Assembly (NCBI GenBank): GCA_030390025.1
Contig: CM059431.1
Coordinates: 124,994,001 to 125,058,000 of the forward strand
Source of the DNA: Squalus acanthias
Taxonomy: Eukaryota
Length of the DNA stretch: 64,000 nt
Direction: 5' to 3'
A program made the translations under genes and the position numbers. Each line of letters begins with the position of its first letter. Position 1 is the stretch's first letter. This document shows positions 22,480 to 33,869 of the stretch, piece after piece. The notes under the pieces are model-generated. The model was not told the DNA's origin. It saw only the letters and a list, made by a program, of their open reading frames with translations, and did no database searches.

Positions 22480-24168
22480 TGTAAAGTTTCGCAATTATCG
22501 CGATTCAAAATAATGAAAGAGAAACAGATTCGTTTGACCAGTTTATTTAAACGAAATGCTGTCATGATTATAAAGGACACAGAAGCCTGTAAAATGGCCA
22601 CCGCGCATCGTGGCAGAAGCTTCCAGAATTTCAGTGGGCAGACAAGATGGCGTTCGAATATACATTTCAAATATAAGACAGGATCATACTCGATGAACAC
22701 TGATAAAAACAGGATGCAACCTGTTTGCATTTGTGACAATAGCAAAAGATATAAGAGCTGGTATCGTTTTCCATGCACAAGTAAGGACCATTATACGGGG
22801 CAATCGAAGGCCCATCCAGACACATCAAAAGACAAATACCCCCACGGCTCTACAATGAGAGAGCCATTCTCGGGTGATTAAACAAGCATTCGGGGGCCCC
22901 CAAAACCAGTCAGGGAGACGATTCATACGATCCCGGCAGGGCCAACAATGGGGAAAACATTAACGGGTAGTTGGCCAGTTTCAGGTGCTACCGAAACCCG
23001 TTAAGTACAAGAATTGCCCCATGCTGGGAGTTTTGGGCGGCAATATTTCACAAAGGACAAACATTAAGATTTGGGCGGGAGATAAGGGAACACAGCACTA
23101 TAACTATAGACAACAAATGTCCATCGGTCTCTTATTTTCTCTTATCTCTGCGGACTCTTGACTGGGGCTGAACTCTGCTGGACGAGCAGCCTTCTGTGTT
23201 TCTCTGGACTCTGGACTTTTAGCCGCACTGGACGGTTATTCGAATGTTGGGTGGAGCTCAAACGGAACGAGCAGCCTCGACGAAGGCCGGTGACCAGGTG
23301 CACCATCCCGAGGGTCGGTAAACGGTGTCTGGACCCGAAGGCCCGAAGAGAAGAGACGAGATGAGACGAGAAGAAGAGGAGAAGAATCCACGTGCCGCCG
23401 CGGTCAGTAAACCCCGACCGCGCCCGAAAATATACAACCCATTTCTTAAACTCTACAGGTTACTGCACGAACTGGTCAAAGACTCTTCTTCGAATTCTAT
23501 CGACAACTGGTGTCGGTACAGGAAGACTTTTCTTTGAGTTCTACAGCCAGGCCCGACTGCTGTCGAGTTCTTCATGACAACGGGGAGCCCAGCCTGCTTG
23601 TCGCAGCAGCGAAGATAAACAAGTGAGGTACAGAGACCCCTCCAAACACGTGACAGTCAGGCGCTGCAGCGAAACGAGCCGAGTGACTCACTTTAAAATT
23701 CTCTGAAGTATCACGAGTGGTGAGCATGTTTCCCGATCCTACAAATCTAGATGCAGTGTAGGTATTGATAGGGGAGGGTGGTTTTATTAAGGATAAAGTA
23801 TAATGTGTTCCCCTTTTTACGATGTGCCGTGCGTTCTTCATTACCATAGACCAAGCTTTATGAATGTATGTATACTTGTACTCTCGTTAATTTGCGCCTA
23901 TGACATGTACTTCATGATTTTGGACGCTATGCAATAAAGACTTCCATTTCGTACTATTCAACCAGGTCTATTTGAGTTTTCTCTGCATTACTGCTCTCGC
24001 ACCTAAGTCCAGTGTTAGAACCGTAAGGGCGAGTGGGTCGAACCACTCACAGGTGCTTATTGCAACAAGGCTGGCCGGAGACCAGAGCAAGCACTAGTAT
24101 TAGGCAACGAAGGCCTAACCCCGTACCAGCACCACCTGCGATACAAGCACGACACAAAACCCCTTACA
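22480..24168 (+). mobile_element. Solo LTR-like element, copy A (1689 bp)
   Basis: TGTAAAG...CCTTACA termini, 4-bp TSD AAGC, AATAAA at about 23933; splits RT at VKK|PD. Confidence 0.88.
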
Positions 24169-24480
24169 AAGCCCGATGTAGTTGGGGATTGATTGTCGAT
24201 TATCGTAAACTAAATTCTGTCAGCCCCGCCTGCTCACCAGTGGTGAGGGAAACACCAATGTTGTTATCCCAAATCCCACCTGGAGCTAAATGATATTCAG
24301 ACTAGACATAGCTAACGAATTCTGGAGCATACCTGTAAGAAGCGAAGATCAGTACAAATTCAGCTTCATTTTTGAAGATCAGAGTTACACATGGACTTGC
24401 CTGCCACAGGGATTCCATAACGCTCCAACTATCTTTTGCAAGTGAATGGCGAGGGCCATTAAAGGGTTTTCTAAACCTGA
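24169..24480 (+). pseudogene. pol: pol part 2: RT domains 2-4
   Basis: SWGLIVDYRKLNS, LDIANEFWSIP, DQYKFSF, YTWTCLPQGFHNAPTIF. Confidence 0.9.
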
Positions 24481-26985
24481 GGGGGCGATCTTGCCAGCCC
24501 TGGGGAGGCGGGACTGCCGGGAAAATGGCAGAATTTGGGGGCGGGTGCCCAAACCGCCCCCACCCGCCTCCATGCCACTTTCCCAGGAGGCGGGTAGCTG
24601 TCCCGCGCCGGGTCCCGTCTCCTTGGAGGCGGGAAGGGATTAAAGCTGTAAGGGGTTTTTGTCGTGCTTGTATCCCAGACGGTGCTGGTGCGAGGTTAGG
24701 CCTTCGTTGCCTAATACTATTGCTTGCTCTGGTCTCCGGCCAGCCTTGTTGCAATAAGCACCTGTGAGTGGTTCGACCCACTCGCCCTTACGGTTCTAAC
24801 ACTGGACTTAGGTGCGGGAGCAGTAATGCAGAGAAAAACTCAAATAGACCCGGTTGAATAGTACGAAATGGAAATCTTTATTGCATAGCGTCCAAGATCA
24901 TGAAGTACATGTCATAGGTGCAAATTAACGAGAGTACAAGTATACATACATTCATAAATCTTGGTCTACGGTAATGAAGAACGCACAGCACATCGTAAAA
25001 AGGGGAACACATTATACTTTATCCTTAATAAAACCACCCTCCCCTATCAATACCTACACTACATCTAGATTTGTAGGATCGGGAAACATGCTCACCACTT
25101 GTGATACTTCGGAGAATTTAAAAATGAGGCACTCGGCTCGTACGCTGCAGCGCCTGACTGTCACCTGTTTGGAGGGGTCTCTGTACCCCACTTGTTTATC
25201 TTCGCTGCTGCGGCAAGCAGGCCGGGCTCGCTGTTGTCATGAAGAACTCGACAGAACTCGGGCCCGGTTGTAGAACTCAAAGAAAAGTCTTCCTGTTGTC
25301 GGTAGAATTCAATGAAGAGTCTTTCTTGTTGTTATGAGGAATTCGATGGACCCAAAGTGGTTCGTGCAATAACCCGTAGAATTCAAGAAATGAGTTCTAT
25401 ATTTTCGGGCGCGGTCAGGGTTTACTGACTGCGGCGGCACGTGGATTCTTCTTCTTTTCTTGTCATTTCGTCTTGTCTTGTTGGGCCTTCGGGTCCAGAC
25501 ACCGTTTACCGACTCTCGGGATGGTGCACCCGGTCACTTGCCCTTGTCGAGGCAGCTCATTCCGATTGAGCTCCACCCAACATTCGAAGCCGAATCAAAA
25601 GTACAGCAGTCAGCAGCGAGATAAGAGAATAAGAGACGATTCGAGCGAATAAGAGTCGAAAATCAAGAGACTGATGGACATTTGTTCACTATAGTTATAG
25701 TGCTGTGTTCCCTTATCTCCCACTCAAATCTTAATGTTTGTCCTTTGTGAAATATTGGCGCTCAAAACTCCCAGCATGGGGCGATTCTTGTCTTTAACGG
25801 GTTTCGGTAGCACCTGAAACTGGCCAACTACCCGTTAATGTTTTCCCCATTGTTGACCCAGCCAGGATCGTATGAATCATCTCCCTGACTGGTTGTGGGG
25901 GCCCCCGAATACTTGTTTAATCACCCGTCAATGTTTCTCTCATTGTAGAGCCGTGGGGGTATTTGTGTATTGATGTGTCTGGATGGGCCTTCGATTGCCC
26001 AGTACAATGGTCCTTACTTGTGCATGGAAAACGATTCCAGCACTTATATCTTTGCTATTGTCACAAATGCAAACAGGTTGCATCCTGTCTTTATCAGTGT
26101 TTATCGAGTATGATCCAATTTTATATCGAATGTTTATTCGACGCCATCTTGTCTGCCCACTGTATTTCTGGAAGCTTCTGCCACGATGCGCGGTGGCCAT
26201 TTTACAGGCTTCTGTGTCCTTTATATCATGACAGCATTTCGTTTAATAAAACTGATCAAACGAATCTGCTTCTCTTTCGTTAATTTGAATCGCGATAATT
26301 GCAAAACTTTACAAAGCCTATTAACTGCCTGTTAACGGATAGTTAACAGGCAGAAAATAGGATGATCCCCTTTTTGCCCTCACAAGTGCGAGCTTCCCGA
26401 TGGCTCCAAAACCCGCCAGCTCAGCGAGGCGAGTACTGGGTCTGCGGGGGGGGGGGGGCGGTGCAAAAGTGTGGTGTGAAGGTAAGAGATGGGTGCAAGA
26501 GTGTAGAGGTGAGTATCTGAGGTAAGTGCAAAGTGTTTTTAAAATTCTACTTACCTTTGTTTCTTCCTGCAGGCTTCAGTCGGTTTGTATGCGGAGAGTC
26601 TCGGACCTCTGCGTTGGGAATGACAGGTGGCCGTTGCATTCTCAGATGCAACAAACATCTCAATTCTGTTAAAGAAAGATGTTTGATGGGGTCTTGTATT
26701 CAAGACCTCATCAAACTGCAGAGAATGTCGCTGTTTGACAGCTTCACAGAGCTGTCAAATGATGTCAATTCATCTGTCAAAAATTTTTGACAGATGAAAC
26801 GTCATACGTTGACGTGCTCTGCAACTGGATTTCCTTTAATTGGCCTGTTAAGCCCGCTGAGTGGGCTTAACAAGGTCAATCAAGGGAAAATAGCGTGGGT
26901 TGGCTACAAATCGATGGAGGCGGGACATCGACCTGACAAGCAGCAGTCCTGCCTCCAACGCGCCCCCATTCACAAAATTGCCCCC
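24481..26985. mobile_element. Harbinger-type MITE inserted in RT, itself interrupted by solo LTR copy B
   Basis: TIR GGGGGCGATCTTG / CAAAATTGCCCCC, TSD TGA; internal sequence related to MITE 9034-9851. Confidence 0.88.
24647..26313 (-). mobile_element. Solo LTR-like element, copy B (inverted relative to copy A)
   Basis: Reverse complement of 22480-24168 with scattered differences; TSD AAGC on both sides. Confidence 0.88.
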
Positions 26986-27790
26986 TGAGTGTTTATTGCA
27001 GTATGTAGACTATTAGTTATTAACAACAATGAAAGAGGAACATCTCCAATTGTTGGATGAGCTGTTTCAAATATTAAATTCACTTCACCCGACGAAGGAG
27101 CAACAGATCCGAAAGCTTGTGATTTCAAATAAAACTGTTGGACTATAACCTGGTGTTGTGCGACTTCTCAAATATTAAAGGAGCTGAAGTAAAATTAAAT
27201 CTGCAAAAGGCTCAGCTGCTACAGGAACATTTCTGGTATCGCCCATCTCTGCTGTGGAACAGACTCCAGATCAGCACAAAGTACAAATCATTCAGCGATT
27301 ACCTCTACCAGTGTCTAGGACAGCACTTAAGTCATTTTTGGGCTAACAGTGAGCTTTGATTGCAAGTTTTGCAGATCTTGCTAAACCATTGTATGAGTTA
27401 CTTAAAGGAAAGGAAGATGAAGTGCAGTCCCAATGGACCCCACAACACACTGAGGCTGTACTACAACCAACTTGCCTAATCACCCCAGATCCAAGTAACC
27501 CATTCCGCTTAGAGGTAGGAGCAACTGACCAGCATTTGACGACAGTCCTGTATCAAGATGTCCTAGGTAGACATTTGTCCATTGCCTACGCATCACAAAT
27601 ATTAACGGGAGTGGAGAAAATCTACAATCTATGCGAAAGACATTTGTTGGCTACCATTTGGTAATTCCAAGGCCAGTAAGGCAGCAAACGAGGCTGTCCA
27701 CATGGGGTTCCCTTGGCAAGCCTGTGACATTCCGGTTGATGTTGTGACCAAGGAGACACAAGATTATGATCTGTACTCAAACAATAGCAT
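26986..27790 (+). pseudogene. pol: pol part 3: RT active site, tether RNase H, end of second RNase H
   Basis: CLLQYVDY* (mutated YVDD), EEHLQLLDELF, KLNLQKAQLLQ, FADLAKPLYELL, PFRLEVGAT, IAYASQIL, CERHLLA, then GNSKASKAA. Confidence 0.85.
27079..27167 (+). mobile_element. 89-bp Penelope-type insertion with hammerhead motif
   Basis: Flanked by 12-bp TSD TCAAATATTAAA; near-identical to 10-97; core reads CCGACGA. Confidence 0.85.
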
Positions 27791-27799
27791 GGCACCAAG

Positions 27800-29520
27800 A
27801 CAAAAAACCCCATTAATGCCAGCAATTTGTCCAATTTATCATCTGTGGCACTCCATGATGAATCGTATATTGGCCATTCGGAGTATCGGGGCGGAAGGGT
27901 GCCAGGATAGCGATTCCTCCCTGGCCTACACTCTTTAGCAAAGTGTCTCATCTTGCCACTGTTGTAGCACTGTGGCCCCCTGTATCTGGGGCCTGATCCC
28001 CTATTTGGTCCCCAATCATTCTGTTCCCTTGGTTGTTTTACCACCACAGCTGCGGGTCTACTCCCAGTCCTTGAATTCTGTGAACCCCAGTGGATCTAAC
28101 AATATGTCCCTTCACACTTTCCCACTATTTAATAATTCTTCCTTCTTCTCCTTCTTAGGCAGTCCCTCGGAACCGAGGATGACTTGCTTCCACATTAAAA
28201 ATGAGTTCTCAGGTGACTGATGAGTCCAATGCGGGACCTACAGTCTCTGTCAGAGGTGGGGCAGACGGTGGTTGAAGGGGCGGGTGGGTGGGGTGCTTGG
28301 GTTGACGTGCGCGCCTTCCGCTCCTTGCGCTTGGCTTCCGCTTGCTCCCAGCGAAGAGACTCGAGGTGTTCTGAGCGCCTTCCCGGATGCTTCACCTCCA
28401 CTTTGTGCGGTCTTGGGCCAGGGATTCCCAGGTGTCGGTGGGGATGTTGCACTTTTTCAAGGAGGCTTTGAGGGTGTCCTTGAAGCTTTTCCTCTGCCCA
28501 CCTGGGGCTCTCTTGCTGTGTCGGAGCTCCAAGTAGAGCACTTGTTTTGGAAGTCTCGTATCGGGCATGTGAACGATGTGACCCATCCATCGGAGCTGAT
28601 TGAGCGTGGTCAAAGCTTCGATGCTGGGGGTGTTGGTCTGAGCGAGAACACTGATGTTGGTGTGCCTATCCTGCCAATGGATTTGCAGAATCTTGCGGAG
28701 GCAGCGTTGGTGGTACCTCTCCAGTGCTTTGAGGTGCCTGCTGTACATGATAATAAGCCTTAAGATATCACCCCAAGTACTATGCTTATTAACGACCACC
28801 CCCAGTGCCATCTTCACCAAGGGTTGGAACTGACTTAAGAACATTTGCTTAAGGAAATGTTTGTCGCACCTGTTAGGCGGTCGGACCCCAGGGGCCGCAG
28901 ACGGCACGGTAGGCTGTGTTCTTTCATACGCATCAAACAGATGGTTCCCAAAAGCAGTAGGGTGTTTCATCAGTCCCTGTATGGTCCGCCCACAAATCTG
29001 CATTAAATTTAGACCGTTTATTCCTAATAAAGTTACTATCTCTCCTAGGGGCACATCGGACCCCGTCTCCGCCTGGTAAACTGCAGGACCAAGGCACTGT
29101 TTCAAACCACCATCCAGGGCGGTGAGTAAGACGGATTTTAGGTCTGCATCCTCCAATTCCCGGTGTCCCTCTTAAAATCACCCCATGCCCGGGCCAGCGT
29201 AATGGGCTCATCCCCGTCTTTAACCGCCCTAACTCTAACCAGAGCAGCTGCCTCATCTGTCCTGAGGAGTCTACTTTCAGTGTGTTGTGAGATGATCACG
29301 TTGTTCACGTTGCGCCTCACACTGATTGATATCGCATTGACAGGCTGACTCCCCCAATCCCCACAATGGGGATTATTGTAACACGCTGCTTCTCTGCCCA
29401 GAGAATCCCAATCTATGCTGTCTCCATCCCTGCTGGGTCCTCCGGCAGTGATGGCAGAAACAAGAGCTGTCTGCTGTCCCAATTTGTGTTGTAACTCATA
29501 TATCTTCACACAAGCATGGT
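27800..29520 (-). pseudogene. gag: gag, frameshifted, interrupted by an RTE LINE
   Basis: IYELQHKLGQQ coiled coil; KHPTAFGNHLFDAYE; FLKQMFLSQF; zinc knuckle CYNSGKMRHFAKEC (CX2CX4HX4C with C to S) near 27970-27930. Confidence 0.78.
28137..28748 (-). mobile_element. RTE-clade LINE 3' end
   Basis: LKALERYHQRCLRKILQIHWQD...LRWMGHIVHMPDTRLPKQVLY...AQDRTKWR, C2H2-like CPTSDRDCRSRIGLISH, (AAG)n-like tail. Confidence 0.9.
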
Positions 29521-29719
29521 CTCAAAATTTAGCAGTTAAATTATTTAGGGTAGCATTCAGAAATAGTAAAGAATTATATTTCAAAACAATATAAAATGGC
29601 AGATCACATCATGTCCTAACAGTCGCAGGTCTGATTATGTTCTAACACAATGCATGAGTTGATCAGGTAACGGCAGCATGGATTGGGTAAGGCAAGTCGA
29701 TTTTGACAATTTAATATAG

Positions 29720-30215
29720 GAGATTTGATAGAGGTAATTAAAATGTTGACAGAGTGAGTAAGGACAGACAATTTCTTCTGGTTGGCGAATCAGTGATGAT
29801 AGGTCATCAATTTAAAATTGTCACTAAGAAAGTGAGGAGGAAGATTAGGAGAAATTTGTTTATGCAGTGTATTATTGGAGCATGGAATGCTTTGCCACAG
29901 GGAACGATTGAGGTAAAGACCATTGCATCTTTTTAGGGAAATTGGATCAATACTTGAAGCAGAGGAAGCGAGCAAGGCAGTGGGATTAGGATTGGATTGC
30001 TGTTGTAAAGAGCCAGCACAAATGTGATGAGGGTGAAATTCAACTTCATCGATGGCGCTAAACCCGCCTCATTCTCCTTTTCTCTCACTTGAATGGAAAT
30101 TAAAATTGGGTGGGATGTATAACGGGAGGCCGATCTGTTACCACCAATTCTGTGCTCCGCTGAAGTTGAACTTCACCCTCGATGTGTCAAATGGCCTCTT
30201 TCTATGCTGTAAATT
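29720..30215 (+). mobile_element. Degenerate CR1 3' end split by a MITE
   Basis: RRNLFMQCIIGAWNALP and CR1 tail resuming after 30180. Confidence 0.75.
30029..30180. mobile_element. 152-bp MITE
   Basis: 20-bp TIR GAGGGTGAAATTCAACTTCA / TGAAGTTGAACTTCACCCTC, TSD GAT. Confidence 0.85.
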
Positions 30216-31214
30216 TCTGAAGGTCTACAGTTCATATGTAGACACCTTCCTCCAAAGTTGGGTTTGTGCTTATGGATCGTTGAAATAGAAGACTTAATCA
30301 ATGACTATTCAGATTGTTTTTTCCAAATTGTGTTAACGGTCAGAATTCTTTTCCCTAACAAGGTAGTTTCCTAAACGTAATCTGTCATACTTGAAAAAAT
30401 ATAATTTTAGAGGCCAAACTATGTTAACCTCTCTTTTTAACAGTTTCTGGCTTAAAGAAATGCCATTTTGTGTAGATCAATTTTGAATATATTATCCCCT
30501 TTCCTCTACAGAATATCATAGGGGATAAAAATACAAAAACATCATTTACATTTTTTCTCGACTACATAAGTATCAGATACTAAGACAGACACATTTGGTT
30601 TGATCATTTTTACAATCCTAGTTCTGTTATAGCAGAGATAAAAAAAACAGTAATGCTAAACCAACAGCGCATGCTGGAAAACTACTTACCATGTAAACTT
30701 TCTTCCAGTCAACTTATTCTTGTTTGAAAGGAGTAACTTTGATTTATTATGATTAGAAATTGAGGTGAACAGGGTTAATCCTTAACATTAAGACGAGTTA
30801 GGGAACCACAAATGAAGCAAATATGATGAAGCTGCCATTTTGGCAATGCGTCTGATCTTGGCTCTCAAATATTTTATTCATCTACACTCATTTTTCTTTC
30901 CATGGCAATTTTTGTTAGTCATGGTCTAATGACATATGAGCATGGCAAGGTTAACTTCAAACACTCAAGTCCTTGCAAAGGAAACCAGATTGAAGCAGGC
31001 ATGGTAAACCTGTCATTATGGAGATGTGCCCGCGAGAAGTGTTGTGTCGTGTTATCAACCAGAAACAGAATTCTCTGAGGAAAATGAACATTTTATCAGG
31101 AATCAAAGAAATATAAAACACACCACAATATTAAAGCATTGCAAGCCAATTTTAGAGAGCTTTTCTTATTATATGATGAAAAAAACATTACTTTATTCAC
31201 ACGTTGTGAGAAAC

Positions 31215-31300
31215 TAATATATATTTATACTGTATATATAATAGAATAAAACTCTCTATGTATAATAGAATATATATATAATATATATAGAATATAAAAG
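31215..31300. repeat. TA-rich simple repeat
   Basis: Imperfect (TA)n / AGAATATA runs. Confidence 0.7.
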
Positions 31301-31879
31301 ATACTGTTAACCATGAATTCTAAGCAAATGTTTTATATTCTAAATATAAACTGATGGGAAAGCACTGCAGCTTCATCAGCATCCAAAAGAGAAGATAGCT
31401 TCATGTTTCACACTCAACTCTTCATTAGAATTGATTCTATATTATGATAATCTACTGAAATTACCACCTAAATGCCCAGAGAGTTCCTTTAATATTACTG
31501 CAAAAGGGAAATAAGTCTGAGCAATATAGGAAAGTACTTTGAGTGGAAATAGACCAAAGCTAAAGAGTTCTGTTTTCTTTAAGAAGACAAAACTCGTGTA
31601 GTACCAAATTGTACAGGACATAAAGGTTCCTGGTTTGTGCTGAATTAACTTATACAAGCAGGGTAGCAGTGAGATCATTACAGTTGGCGTCAGGATCCCA
31701 GGGCTATGTGCGAAAACAACTACCCATATTTCCCACTCCTATTTGCTTGTCCAGTGGTTAGCCTTGCTAGAAAGTGCACAAGTATGGCAGTCATTGGAGG
31801 AGTGGGTTGGGCTTGATTGTGATGTCCTCTATGATCAGAGAGCTTCCCGATATGACAGTATATAAAGTGTTTTTAATGT

Positions 31880-32038
31880 TAAAACTGTCCCAAGCCACTT
31901 CACAAAAGTGTAAGATAAAATAGATGCCAACCGAAGGAAGCAAAAGAAGGATGGATGAGGCGAGGGTTTTGAAGATCTTAAACGAGGACGAGGACAATGC
32001 GAGTATGGATGGGTTTATTGAAGGAAGTCCAGAATGTT
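31880..32038 (-). mobile_element. L2-like LINE 3' remnant (continues at about 35791-36030)
   Basis: Degenerate match to L2 3' region on both sides of Harbinger-3. Confidence 0.55.
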
Positions 32039-32549
32039 GGGGGGGGTGGAATTTGGTACCTTAGAACCTCCAGGTAGCGCTTGGCGGGGGCGCTAATGGG
32101 GCACTGAGGCAGTAGCACCACGGCAAGGCGAATCCAGCGCCGCACGCCAAATTCCCCCCCCCCCCCCCGTAGCGCCGCCACTACGAGTTAGCGCCGGGGA
32201 ATTCAGCGCCAGGCAGATATTGACATCAGCGAGCGTGCAACGCTCACTGGGCACACAATCTGCAAAATTGAGTATCGCCCCTGCCTTAGCGCCTGGTCCC
32301 GACAGCGACAGGGAGAGGTGGCGTCAATCAGGCAGATGCCGGCTCCAGGGTTGCTAATTAAAGGGATCATGCATAATGAGTCACAGCTGTCAGGTTTGTG
32401 CTGTTTCACTGCTTCCTTGTCAGCTTGAGATAGTTCAAGAGTTGAATTCAGTCATTCAAAGGTTGATTAGTCTCCGGAGTGTTGCGGCTTCTAAAAGTTA
32501 GTTACATTTATTCTCACAAAATATCGAAGTGCTGCACTTCCTTACATTA

Positions 32550-33704
32550 ATGCGGGCTGTACTGGAAGTCGACCTCGCCCTCCAGGATCTACTGCAGAGG
32601 GAGTGCAGGCAGCGAGAAAGACTGCAACATGTGGCCAGAGGGAGGAGAAGGACCATCAGGGCTCTCAACAGGAGGCCTTACCCTCCGAGGATATTCTGAG
32701 AGCACTTCTCCTACCTTCAATTAAGCCAGGAGCAGTGTATTAGAAGGCTCCGCTTCAGCAAGGAGGTGGTCATAGAAATCTGTCACCTCCTGCAACCAGA
32801 CCTCGAGCCTCATATCAGGATGAGGATGGCTCTCTAAATGGCAGTCAAGGTCACCATCGCCCTCAATTTCTTCGGATCCTTCCAGTCTGCAACAGGAGAC
32901 ATAGCTAACATCTCGCAGTTCACCATCCATCGCTGCATCCAGGAGGTCACAGAGGCTCTCTACAGTAGGAGAAAGGACTACATTTCCTTCCCCATCACCA
33001 GAGAGAAGCAGGACGAGCATGCATGTGGCTTTGCCAGGATAGCGGGCTTGCCCATGGTGCAGGGCGCCATTGACTGAACCCACTTGGCTTTGCGGCACCG
33101 CATAACAATCCTGAGATATCATGTAACCGCAAAGGCTAACTCACTTAATGTGCAGTTGGTGTGCGACCACAGACAGTGAATCCTCAATGTGAATGCCCGC
33201 TATCCTGGCAGCAGCCACAATGCCTTCTTCCTGCGCCAGACCAGTGTTCAAGCACTCTTCCAGCCACCACGTCAAGCTCGGGGCTGGCTGGTCGGAGACA
33301 AGGGCTATCCACTCTCCAGCTGGACCATGACTCCCCTCCGCAACCCCAACACTCCTGCACAGCACACATATAATGAGAGCCATGCCACCACCAGGAACAT
33401 CATCGAGCAGACCATTGGGGTGCTCAAGCAACGGTTCCGCTGCCTTGACCGCTCGGGAGGAGCCCTCCAGTACTCGCCGGAGCAGGTGTCCCATTTCATC
33501 GTGGTCTGCTGCATGCTCCACAATCTGGCCATCATGAGGGCCCAGCCCTTGCCAGCAGGGATTGCGGGACCACCTCAGGAGGAGGAAGAGGCGGAGGAGG
33601 AGGAGGACGAGGAGGAGGAACAGGAGCAAGGGAGGAGGCAGCCACTCAATCGGCCTTCCAGAAGGGCGGTCCGTGACCGCCTCATCAGACTGCGTTTCCA
33701 ATAA
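32550..33704 (+). pseudogene. Harbinger DDE transposase, disrupted
   Basis: VQGAID, YPGSSH, LVGDKGY, IIEQTIGVLKQRFRCLD, CCMLHN, acidic tail. Confidence 0.92.
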
Positions 33705-33869
33705 ATTCAACCCCAGATCCCCGTAGCTCACCACAACCCCATCATTCCATCCCTGTCGCAGGCCATATCACAGCGCACAGCTGAAATGAGAGACAGTACA
33801 AAATTATCCGAAGTGAATTAATAAATGTATCAATAATCAATGAACACATATTTACAACAACAATATTTA

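Larger units (their letters stand above)
20515..29600 (-). mobile_element. Decayed endogenous retrovirus-like provirus (lokiretrovirus-like), LTRs lost, pol inverted
   Basis: gag (-), pol (+, inverted) and env (-) remnants listed as separate features; boundaries approximate. Confidence 0.8.

Noticed and set aside
22513..22881. 122-aa ORF in the U3 of LTR A as an accessory gene
   Set aside because: Frameshifted in copy B, no recognisable motif, and similarity between copies is explained by DNA identity alone.
24755..24800. tRNA gene suggested by GGTTCGACCC
   Set aside because: No cloverleaf, A-box or acceptor stem found; kept only as a B-box-like hairpin.
22480..26313. Copies A and B as giant TIRs of one DNA transposon, or as the provirus's own LTRs
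   Set aside because: Each has its own TSD and interrupts a different host sequence; they are inverted and internal to pol.
28392..29156. 254-aa Gag-RTE fusion protein
   Set aside because: Chance in-frame junction of a 5'-truncated RTE inserted into a frameshifted gag.
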